Below are positions 40,119 through 50,980 of a stretch of DNA of 64,000 bases, one piece after another (within the stretch, counting starts at the first letter, position 1; every line of letters starts with the position of its first letter). The notes under the pieces were generated by a model, which searched no databases, was not told the origin of the DNA, and worked only from the letters and a program-made list of their open reading frames with translations. Made by a program: the position numbers and the translations under genes. Source of the stretch: Octopus vulgaris (taxonomy: Eukaryota); assembly GCA_951406725.2 (NCBI GenBank), contig OX597836.1, positions 50,468,001 to 50,532,000 of the forward strand. Direction: 5' to 3'.

Positions 40119-40189
40119 CGGTACTACTTGAGAACAGAGGTCCCGATGCGCGACTGCGCGCACCGGGACACTGTACTCAAGTAGTACCG
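40119..40189. ncRNA. Near-perfect 71-nt hairpin, candidate pre-miRNA
   Basis: 30 Watson-Crick pairs (14+4+6+6), two 1x1 mismatches, one 2x1 loop and a 4-nt apical loop. The hairpin is directly seen; the miRNA function is inferred. Confidence 0.4.
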
Positions 40190-40576
40190 CGTATTCAATG
40201 TCTATGTTTTATACCGAGTCCCTCCGTCACAAACATTAAAAGTTAAGGTGATTTGTATAAATGGTCAACGTATTTCATTAGTAACAATTGTGCTGTGGTA
40301 CCAGTGCCTGCTGCCTTTATTCTGGCAATTAAAGCATTTCTTTAATGAGATTGTTCTTGGTTATATCGTATTTTCCCGGCTGTCTCTCAACTAGTAGACC
40401 TGATCTAGTGTATTTTCCTTATAATTAACTATTATTTAGTTAAGCTGCTTTTAATTGGAGGAAGAAAAAAACATTGTCGTTTGTGCAGTGAGTTGAATAA
40501 GAAATGTTTGCAGTAGAGTATTATGTAAAGATTTAAGAACTGCTGAGTTAAGCCGTTGGATCATGGCTAAAAGCTT

Positions 40577-40580
40577 TGTG

Positions 40581-40627
<47 letters not shown>

Positions 40628-40690
40628 ATATATATATATATATATATGTGTGTGTATATATATATATATATATATGTATACATACACACA
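40577..40690. repeat. Compound (TA)n/(TG)n microsatellite
   Basis: Direct reading. Confidence 0.95.
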
Positions 40691-41839
40691 TAAGGCGTTC
40701 AAAACTATTGAATCTGTGGTCCTCCTATCTGGTAAGAACTAACTTGAGTAACGAATTCAACTTGGGCTTATTTTCTGTCCAGAAAGAAAAATAATTAATG
40801 AGGGTAAATCGAAGTTTGAAGCTTATACATTTAGTTAATGAATTCGGCTGTCTTAATTAAGTTAACAGCTGTTAACTTAATTAATATTATGTGTATGAGA
40901 GGGGGAGTGGAGGAAGGGAGAAGAGAAAGATGGAGTCGTTATTAATGAGTATTAAGCTAATGTGTCGTGGAGATAGGGATTATCTTGTGATTACTGCATT
41001 GAGCTCCCTCTTCCAGGGGATCTTTTCAAATATGGTGGTACTTCATCTTGGAAGAGGATGTTTTTGCCTGCATTTCCAAGATGTGGGAATGTCGTGTGTA
41101 GTAGATTGGCTTCCTATCCCATTGTAAATTGTCATCCACTTCATAGTATAAAATTGCATTTCACACTTTCATTTTATATTTGATGGTAATGTTTAAAACT
41201 CTTGAGCAGCCAAATTTGGTGACATTTCTTGGATATGGTTCCAGTCTGTTGCTATCACCAAAACACATCACAAAGAAATTGTCATGAAACAGTTCTTGTC
41301 CTGATAATTCACCAAAATATATTCAAGTAGGCCACTTCTACATTTATACGATTAAGATCTTGTCTCTGCCAGCCTCTACTTGGTGATGTTAATTAAAAAA
41401 GAAAATTTTTTTACTATATTGCACATCTTGATTAGCAATTAAGTAAATAGCATTTATAATTAAAATATTTTCTTTTAATTCCTTCTTGTGTGTGTGTGTT
41501 TCTTTGGTGTTATACGGTTGGTTTCTCAATATTCAGAAAGCTTGTGGAATGTTGTGGAGGCAAGGGTCAGCTGCTTATTTTGTTGAATGGATTAGATCCT
41601 GGATTGTTGATCTTCACACTTTCTTGTTAACCTTCTTGTCAGACCAGCAATTGACTGGTCAGGAATGTTGACTTTGAAACTGGTTTCTTATGCAGTCTTC
41701 AGTCTTGGAAACTCTTGCATCCGCCAACATATGATGCCATCAACTGACTCCACTCAAGACTTGTTATAATCACCTTAATCATTCTTTTGGCAACTACTTA
41801 CCTTCAGATTCTGTTGGAGAATCGGGGAACGGTTCCATA

Positions 41840-42050
41840 TTCTTTTCTACTCTAGACACAAGGCCTAAAATTTTTGGGATGGGAGCTAGTCTATTAGATC
41901 AACCCCAGTACACAGCTGGTACTTAATTTATCAATCTGGGAAAGATGAAAGACAAAGTCGACCTTGGCAGAATTTGAACTCAGAACGTAAAGACAGACGC
42001 AATACTGCTAAGCATTTCACCTGGCATGCTAACGGTTCTGCCAGCTTGCC
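41840..42050 (-). mobile_element. Second SINE family (GTCGACTTTG / AAGTACCAG core)
   Basis: CTGGTACTTAATTTATC...GATGAAAGACAAAGTCGACCTTGGCAGAATTTGAACTC. Related copies lie near 33425-33552, 16580-16800 and 62075-62190. Confidence 0.7.
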
Positions 42051-45000
42051 CTGCCTTAAACAATTCCATACTGGCTCTCCTCTGTCCCTTCAGTTGCTGG
42101 AGGTGGTTCCAGGTTTGATCCTGCTCAGGTATCTGCTACTCTAGTCTCATGTTGACCAAAACACCTTGTGAATGGAATCTGGAAGCTGGAAAAACATCAT
42201 CATTGTTATTATTCAGGACCTTTTTTTTTTTTTTTTGTGCCTGTGTAAGGGATAATATTCTGAAAATTAATATTAAAGGCTAACTGACTTATGGTATTTA
42301 ATTTTATCTCTGCAAATTTGTGTCAAGAGTTTAATTCAGTAGGTACCAGTAATTACTACGCACGTTTTTCTTATGATTTACTCTTACCCCTAAGTTTTAA
42401 AGAAAAGGTCTGCTAATTGCTGTTATGTCTTGACTCTTTCAACCACTCTCTTCAATTAAACGATAGGTATGTATGATTTATTGTTCAATGACAGCCGTAC
42501 AGGTGTGCAATATATGATGGTAGCATTCACACATTGCCTTGTTTAAAGTTTTACTGTCTCTGTTTGTATACCATTGCAGGAAGGGAGTGGGTAGGAAGGA
42601 AGAGCAGACAAATTTCTCTTCACTCTGTAAAGGTCTCATGTATAACTTTATAGAATTCCAACTCTTGACAACTGTTAAATGTTAAAACATCTCCCCTAAA
42701 TACATCAAAACAAAGTCATCAAGTCCCATTTCATGCGTCTTTTGTCTTTTTATGATTTGCACATCTGGCTTACCCTTGCTATTATTGTTTAGCCTTGGGT
42801 CATCCTTGCTCAAAGGCCTTCTTACTGAGACACTCCTGCCTTTTTACAAGCAGTTTCCAGAGTCAAGTTATCTAATATGAGCACCTTTTTTTAAGACAGT
42901 AGGGTTTTATTTGAGGATGATTTTCTGATGGTTCTTAGCAGGTTGAGCTTCCGTATGTTGTTATAACAGCCGTGCTCTTAAGACATACTGGGCAAGTCTT
43001 CTATAGCTCCAGGCTGGCCAGTGCCTTGTGAGTTAGATGGAGGCTGTGTAGAAACTTGTATTTGAGTTTGTGTTGGTCTCCTCTCATCACTTGGCAAGTG
43101 CTGGTTTGTTGACATCCCCATGACCTACTGGATTGGTAAAGGAGACTGGTAGAATAAGTACTGGGGTCAATTTATTTGACTTAACCCTTCGGGGATGAGG
43201 TGGAGGGAGCAGCACGGCTGTAACCCAATGACTGAGGCAAGTAAAAGATGTGTATTGTTTGAGGAAGCCTCAGGCTCTCAGCTCCTCTTTTCTAACAGCT
43301 GTTTTTTATTTGTTTTAAGTTTGACAGCTTCACATATTATTACTCAATTTAGAATTGTCTTTCTACTCTATTCCTGTTACAGGCTTAGTCTGGGTGAGGT
43401 GGAGAAAGTTGTGCTTGGTGTGGCCTCTGACAGTCATCCATATCAGAGTTTGGCAAATCCTGGTGTCTAATCTTGGGCTTGAAGTTGACGATCCAACTTC
43501 ACACACACACAGGTCAAATAAAGTGGAAGGGTCGGTGGAGTATAGTAGTCCATTGCAAAACCTTCAGCTGTGTCAGAGGCGCTTGTAGGTGAAGGGTTCA
43601 TTTGTCAACTTGAGGAATTTATCTTTTGTACTATCAATGTCAGAAATTTCGTCTCTTCAATGGCAATGATTGACTCTTTTTGCTCATGCAGTGTTTTCAT
43701 ATTCTGTTGTTTCGATTTTGTTTGTGAATTCACAATGTGGAGAAGTAGCATTGGGTGGTTAGAATTTGGCAAGAAAGGGTTGCAACGCATATTCTTGGAG
43801 CCAAGCCAAACGGCCAGAGCGCCATGGGGTGGATTGTGGGTGAGGGGATTGGTTAATGTCTATGTTCTCAGTTGGTCATATTTTGAAATCCAGCCAGAAA
43901 GTGTAATGGTGCTTGTGATGAGGCTGAAGGGAGGTGGTGTTAAGGTCTGCGTCTATTGTGTAATGTTTAATAGGCAGGTGAATAAAAAAAAACATACAAT
44001 GTCCCCCTGTTAATATTCATCAAGCCCCACCAGCAATAAAACTGGCAAGAGGGTTACTGCAGTTGCATAGGGGTAGAGAATGTGGGTCTAATTTAGCATT
44101 GAAGAGAATGTGACCACAGGTTTTGTTGAAGAATGTTGTGTTTGAAGCTATTTTCTGTTGAGGTTGTGTCAAGTTTGTTGAGACAACATGACTTGCAGAA
44201 AATACCAATTCTATTCTATGTAGAGATGTGACATCATTCCTGGAATAACCCTGGAATTTAATTTTTGCAGTTAAAGGGTTAAAAAGAATTGGTGCTTTCC
44301 TTTCTTCTTTCTTAATTTCTTTTTTTACACCTGAAGCTTTTTGTGGAAATGTGATTATCAATTTCCTACCAAATGGTGGCAGGAACGGTGTTGGGGCTTG
44401 GCTCCTCCCTTTGGTGTGTTGCTGCTATTTCTTCAGCCAAATCCAGCTTTTGCTCCAGTTGAGATAATTATCCTGCATTTCACTTCCTTTCCATGCTGGC
44501 AAAACAACCCCACTGCAATTGCAAGGACCCTGTTTCCTTCCCACATGTTTAGGGGAAAGTAAGGTAAAGATTACACCACTTGATCATTGGTTCAAATCTC
44601 ACTGTTGCTATTTCTGGATCAAGTGCCTTCAGTTCATTTAGCTGTTGTTTCATCTGGAAATTATGTGCCGGGAGAAGTGGATTTACATTTACACACTTCA
44701 CAAATCCAAATGCCTCTGTTGCTAGGCTTCTTAAATAGTTCTATCCTGTATCTTGGTTTTGCCTGAGAGGCTTTTTCTTTTCTTTTTTTCACATGAGCTC
44801 ATTTTTCCAGGTTTTATGTAATTCATTGAATAGAATTGCAATATAAATTTGCATATATCTTGAAAGACTGTTTTCTTATCAAGTCTATCAGTTAATTGAA
44901 AGTACAAAGTTTAGAATGCTGGCCTGCTTTTTGTTGCAGGATTAATCTAGGGACAGGAAGTGAATGGCCTGGAGATTGGCTGTTTTACAATGATCTTAAT

Positions 45001-45483
45001 AAAAGACTTGAGTACAGAAATTCTCTCAGTCTATGGTCTTCATATGCGATATATTTACTGTAGGATAGAGTTGGTATTGTTTATCTGGTGGCAGCCATGG
45101 TTAAGTTCACCTTGAGTCAAAAGTTTTAGTTTTAGTCTGCCTTTTATTTTTTTATTTTTATAAAAAAATTTTTCAAGCGTAATGTTATGACTATGTTATC
45201 TCATGTGTTCTGAGGGGGAATCTGTTGTTTCTAGCTGATTAAACGACTAAATAAAGGCTCCCATGGTTTATGAGATATCTGACTTCGTATATATTGGCAG
45301 ATGGGTTGCAAACTGATAGAATGATGGTGATGATCAGATGCAGAAGTAAAAGATAGAGCACAAATGTAAAGCTGGATATGAAACTGAAGGAAGATGAATC
45401 AGATGTGCTGCTGCAATCTAAAATAGTTTATCTGGTTTAGAAGTCAACATTGAATTGTTTAAACTTTGGTAAATGCTAACATG

Positions 45484-45484
<1 letters not shown>

Positions 45485-45515
<31 letters not shown>
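45485..45515. repeat. (CAG)10 trinucleotide repeat, non-coding
   Basis: Direct reading. No flanking splice sites or homology found. Confidence 0.9.
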
Positions 45516-45516
<1 letters not shown>

Positions 45517-46421
45517 CTGTCGTTGGTTCTGTTGATTTTGTCTGGGGAAATGCAAAATGGTTTCTTAAGTAATTCTCTATATTCCACTAATTTGCTTCTG
45601 TTTGAAAGGTTGACAGTATAGGTGCAAACATTGCTGTGTGCTTGATGTGTTTGGGTCACAACCCAAGATTTCTGTTTAGGACAACAGTATGTCACCTTTG
45701 GGTTTCTGTCCATAGCCCCGGGCCAACTGAAGCCCTTGTCAGTTTGAAAGAAGCCTGTCTTATTTGCAAATATGTTTGAATCGGTTTACCATGACATTTG
45801 CATGTTGTTTGTTTCTAATCTTCCTTGAAAGCATGTCTGGCTTTTGTGTGATTCATATTTGAAAAATTTGCAGAATATTTACTTTGCATAGAAACAGGTG
45901 AGTGTTGGCTACAGGAAGAGCACCTGACTGTAGACAATGAATTTTGCCTGACCCGCGCAAGCATGGACAATGAACATAAAACCATTGGTGATTATAGGGT
46001 TTGCAGCACAACCATGTGGCTCTGGTTTTGTTCCTATTGTGTGGTATCTTGAGCAAATATGCGAATGGAAACTTTATGGAAGCCTACTGTATGTGTGAGT
46101 GTGAATTGATTTTGTGTGTAGTCATTAAAGCAAGCATTGTTTACTTTCTCTGATGTTCAGCTGACACATTAGGACCGGTGGACTGAAACAATACCTTGCT
46201 TGAAAACTAATGGTTGGCAACAGGTGAAAGTGCATCTAACCCATGCCAGCCTGGAAAAACAGTTGGTTTCCACTTGTTTGTGCCCTGCCTTTGTCTTCTT
46301 GAGAGTTGACGTCTGTCTGGAAGTCCTGTTTCAGCTGTTCTTCCTCTTTGTATTATGTCTGAGATTTTGTTCTGTATTTTCAGGTTTTGTATTTATACAT
46401 TTAAATTAATTCAGACAAAAC

Positions 46422-46484
46422 ATGAATGCTGAAAAGTTACGACAACTTCAGAATCAGGTGAAAGATATCCGTATTGGTGGTAAG
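46422..46484 (+). CDS. BTF3: BTF3/NAC-beta coding exon 1 (MNAEKLRQLQNQVKDIRIGGK)
   Basis: ATG in AAACATG context just after acceptor(s) at 46383 or 46414. Donor AAG|GTAAGC. Matches MNQEKLAKLQAQVRIGGK. Confidence 0.93.
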
Positions 46485-46829
46485 GTAAGCACACTGAATT
46501 TTTATAGATTTAATGCTTAATAAAATCCCTGATCTGTGTTTGCTAGTTCTTTGATAGAATCAAGATAAAACTAACGCCTTCAAGAAATTTTTTTTTTCTT
46601 TTTTTTTTTTTTGGTCTGTTCATAATTTGATATTTTTTATGAGATTTTTCATAACATTTTTGCCCCTTCCTAAAAATGTTTCCATTTTCTTAGATGGGGA
46701 GGCGTGGTTAGATTTTATCCCCAGTGGGTTATTGGTATGTGTGTGTGCATTGCTGTATTGTCGGGTAGTTAGTTTCTGTTGTACTTCATCTACACTCCAG
46801 TCTACCTCTACACTTTGAAAAAATCTTCA

Positions 46830-47130
46830 ATGTTACAACTTCACACTAAATACCATCAGGAATCGATGGCTTTCAAGAGGTAAAACTGACAACACACATA
46901 CCTTGATATAAGGTGACATAATATGCTGTGGGTTGGAAACTACTCACCTCTTGGCCACAAATAAAAGCAATTGCAAACGTTTCAAGGATCAACTGTGTTC
47001 TCTTACAAAGGTTCATTGTAAGCAGAAAGCACTTCTTTAAGACATTTGATCCCTTTGAAGCATGGGCTATTGACAATATTCTCCAATATGCTTCCCTCTG
47101 GGCTCCCTATTCTACTTCTCTCCTCTCTTA
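46830..47130 (+). mobile_element. Possible CR1/Jockey-group LINE relic
   Basis: ILQYASLWAPY resembles the post-RT LEYASxVWxP motif. Confidence 0.35.
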
Positions 47131-48102
47131 GTTTTCAACTGTCATCAATGCTTTTGTAACTTTTTTTATCCCCCAAAGTAGGGGCTTCAGCCTTACACAA
47201 CCCCATTTTTACCTCTGAGAAGAAGTGGTCCATATTAGCCTAGTCCCTACTCTTGACCTGCCCGGCATGGGAGGGTACACAAGCCACTACACTGCAACAA
47301 GAGTTGGACCTTGTGGAAACCAAAGGTATACTGTATTTAATGGGATGTTTCGTCACCAGTACTGAGCTGAAATCTTCTTTGCAGTGGGTCTGGAACATGC
47401 AGTGTAAATGGAGTTATAGAGGGGCAAGAAATATAAGTGCTTTGGTTAGTAGTCATGTTGTGCTCATTTGCTAATAGAGTCTGAAGAGGTTCAATATGCT
47501 GTTATAAGTGAAAGATCTTTTTCAATAAGATATCAAAGTCTCAGATTTGCTATCAGAAGTTCAAATTCACTGGAGATATTTTCTTGTCACCAAGCAAAAC
47601 AGTTTGTTGAACAGGTTTGTGATTTTATTGTAACCAAAACTTTTGGCAGAAATTACCAACAAGCATCCTCTCCAGCATGTATATCAGCTAAATAATCTTA
47701 TTGTTATTGTCTTGTAGAGCTGGCCAGAGACATCTAATTTAGTGCTGTAGAGTCAACAAGCAGGTTTTGTCTTCACTCCTTGCCATATTGTTTTATAAAT
47801 ATCTCTTTAAAAAACCCTTTCTCCATTTTTTTTTTCTTAAGGCAGAAGTGTTTGTTATAGAAACAAGAAATAACATTCTGAATGAGTTTCTGTTGTACTT
47901 CATCTGAATGAGTAAATTCAAACATCTGGTTGTAGTAGGTCTTGTCAGTGAAAAGCATAAACATCAGATTTCTAATTCCTTTTCGAAATATGTAGGTTTG
48001 TGCCCCCCCCCTCTCTCTCTCTCTTAGAAATCATTGCTGTTGTTATTTATCAATGAGTACTTTGTTTCTAAATTGCCATTTACATTTTATTTCTGTTGAC
48101 AG

Positions 48103-48216
48103 GGAACAGCCAGAAGGAAAAAGAAGGTTGTCCATCGCACTGCAACCACTGACGACAAGAAGTTGCAGGGTTCACTGAAGAAGTTGACAGTCAGCAACAT
48201 TTCTGGCATTGAAGAG
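48103..48216 (+). CDS. BTF3: BTF3 coding exon 2 ([38 protein letters not shown])
   Basis: CAG and GTGAGT boundaries. Contains the RRKKK ribosome-binding motif and the start of the NAC domain. Confidence 0.97.
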
Positions 48217-48461
48217 GTGAGTGGGAGGGTGAAGATGGTTGTATTGTCATATTTGACGTACTGGGTTTGTTGTTGTTTAAACTCCTGTGTCCCTTGCTTG
48301 ATGTTCATCTCTGGGTGTATTTGTGTTGCTGAAGAATGAAAGTGATCTTTCTAGTCTTTGATTCTCTTTTAAAAGCAATAATTTGCACCTGTATTTTCAG
48401 TTTTCTTTTTGTTTTTCTCCTGATAGTTAATTTACTTCATTATTTGAATAGCACACACAAG

Positions 48462-50980
48462 CCTTTGACGAAATAGAAGGGGATATAGCTTCACATGGGG
48501 TAGAAGACAACTGGAGGTCTCTAAGGGACAACCTGCTGAGAGCCACTGACCAGATCTGTGGTTGGTGCAAAGTCCCCTCAAGACCCAAAATAACGTTGTG
48601 GTGGAACAATATTGTTGACAGGGCTATTAGATAAAAGAGGCAGGCTTGGAAGGACTGGAAGAACGGTGGTAGCAGGGAAGTGTATCAGACTGCCAGAAGG
48701 GAAGCTAGGAGGCAGGTGTATTTAGCCAGAGGGGAAGCAGATAAGAAAAAATTTGCCAATGTTCTGCGCCGTGAGGATGAAACACTTGAGGCATTTCGTG
48801 TTGCAAGACAGTGTGTGAGAGAGAAATGTGTTCGCATGGATGATGGTTCACTTGCGCTAAATGAGGATGCAAAGAGAGGGGTTGGAGACGCCACTATGAA
48901 AGGTTGCTGAATAAAGAAAATGAATGGGATAAAGAGAGCCTGCCGAATGTCGACCCAATACAGGGACCAGCTATCTGAGTTGACAGTTCTTTGGTAGTTA
49001 AGGCAATTAGAAGCATGAAGACAGGGAAAGCCCCAGGCCCATCAGGAATCACTGCAGAGATGCTCAAAATATCTGGTAGTGTCGGCTATAGCCTAGTCAC
49101 CCGTATAGTTAACCAGGTGATACACGAAGGAGTCATTCCCAATGACTGGTGTAGCAGCATAATAGTCAACATAATAGTAAAGGTTACGGAGAGGGTGATA
49201 GCCCAATGAATTAGGGAGAGAGAGAGTTTAGATGAGATGCAGTTTGGGTTCGTGCCAGGGAAAAGTACTACTGATGCTATATTCCTGGTAAAACAGCTGC
49301 AGGAGAAATACCTAGCCAAAGATAAGCCCCTGTACCTGGCTTTTGTTGACATGGAGAAAGCCTTCAACAGGGTCCCCCTATCCCTTATCTGGTGGTCAAT
49401 GAGGAAACTAGGGATAGATGAATGGCTATTGAGAGCTGTGCGAGCCATGTACAGGGATGCTGCTAGTAAGGTGAGGGTTGGCAACGGGTACAGTGAAGAA
49501 TTCCGGGTAGAGGTAGGGGTCCACCAAGGTTCAGTCCTCAGCCCCCTCCTATTTATCATAGTCCTCCAGGCAATAACGGAGGAGTTCAAGACAGGATGCC
49601 CCTGGGAGCTCCTCTATGCTGATGACCTTGCTCTAATAGCTGAGTCACTATCAGAACTGGAGGAGAAGTTTCAGGTGTGGAAGCAAGGATTAGAATCAAA
49701 GGGCCTTAGAGTCAACCTAGCTAAAACCAAAGTCCTAATAAGTAGGAAGGTAGACAAATCACAAACGCCTTCAGGTAGATGGCCCTGCTTGATCTGTAGA
49801 AAAGGCGTAGATAGAAACTCTATAAGATGCGCCGAGTGTAAGCTATGGACACAGAGGTGCAGCAATGTCAAAGGAAGGCTAACTAGGAAAATAATGTGCA
49901 GAGACCAACTTCCACCACATTCCAGGGAGAAAAGCTAGAAATAGTTGATAGCTTTCGTTACCTAGGTGACCAAGTCAGGTGGGTGTGCTGAAAGTGTAAC
50001 TGCTAGAGTAAGAATAGCTTGGGCAAAGTTCAGAGAGCTCTTACCCCTGCTGGTGACAAAAGGCCTCTCACTCAGAGTAAAAGGCAGATTGTATGACGCA
50101 TGTGTACGAACAGCCATGCTACATAGTAGTGAAACATGGGCCGTGACTGCTGAGGACATGCGTAAGCTCGCAAGAAATGAAGCCAGTATGCTCCGATGGA
50201 TGTGTAATGTCAGTGTTCGTACTCGACAGAGTGTAAGTACCCTGAGAGAAAAGTTGGACCTAAGAAGCATCAGTTGTGGTGTGCAAGAGAGACGTTTGCA
50301 CTGGTATGATCATGTGACGAGAATGGAAGAAGATAGTTGTGAAAAAGTACCACACCCTAGCAATTGAGGGAACCCGTGGAAGAGGTAGACCCAGGAAAAC
50401 CTGGGACGAGGTGGTAAAACATGACTTTCGAACTTTAGGTCTCATCGAGGAAATGACTAGAGACCGAGACCTTTGGAAATATGCTGTGCATGAGAAGACC
50501 TGGCAGGACAAGTGAGACCATAACCCATGGCCTCTACCTGGGATGGAGCCAGTCCACTTATGCATACCTTTCCTTCTTGGGACACAAAACTCTACTTGTG
50601 AAGACCTGTTGAGGCAAGTGAAAATCGAAATCGATCAACATCAATGGAAATTATAGCTGTGATACCAGTGCCGGTGGCACATAAGAGAACCATCTGAACG
50701 TGGCCGTTGCCGGCCTCGCCTGGCCCCCGTGCCAGTGGCACGTAAAAAGCACCATCTGACCGTGGACGTTTGCCAGCCCTGTCTGGCACCTGTGCGGTGG
50801 CACGTAAAAAGCACCCACTACACTTACAGAGTGCTTGGCGTTAGGAAGGGCATCCAGCCGTAGAAACATTGCCAGATCAGACTGGGCCTGGTGCAGCCTT
50901 CTGGCCTCCCAGACCCCAGTTGAACCGTCCAACCCATGCTAGCATGGAAAGCGGACGCTAAATGGTGATGATGATGATGA
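48462..50980 (+). mobile_element. 5'-truncated RTE-clade LINE (RT fragments, Cys-rich region, 3'UTR with tandem units, (TGA)n tail) in a BTF3 intron
   Basis: Motifs KAPGPSGI, QFGFVPGKSTTDAIF, AFVDMEKAF, GVHQGSVLSPLLF, LLYADDLAL, LYDACVRTAMLHSSETW. Several stops, frameshifts and deletions. Ends GCTAAATGGTGATGATGATGATGA. The 5' boundary is approximate. Confidence 0.93.

Noticed and set aside
40451-40794. ORFs rich in YI/TH/CV dipeptides (also at 28429, 31768, 31886, 33427)
   Set aside because: Translations of microsatellites.
43570-44013. 147-aa plus-strand ORF upstream of the BTF3 ATG
   Set aside because: No recognisable domain or convincing splice sites. It may be the antisense of a decayed LINE.
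45328-45388. Possible C/D box snoRNA (GTGATGA...CTGA); also ATGATTA...CTGA at about 38995-39094
   Set aside because: No terminal stem and no recognisable rRNA antisense element. Such boxes are expected by chance in TGA-rich DNA.
45485-45515. Poly-Q/poly-A coding exon from (CAG)n
   Set aside because: No flanking splice signals or homology; a non-coding microsatellite.
49086-49589. 167-aa minus-strand ORF
   Set aside because: Antisense shadow of the LINE RT frame.
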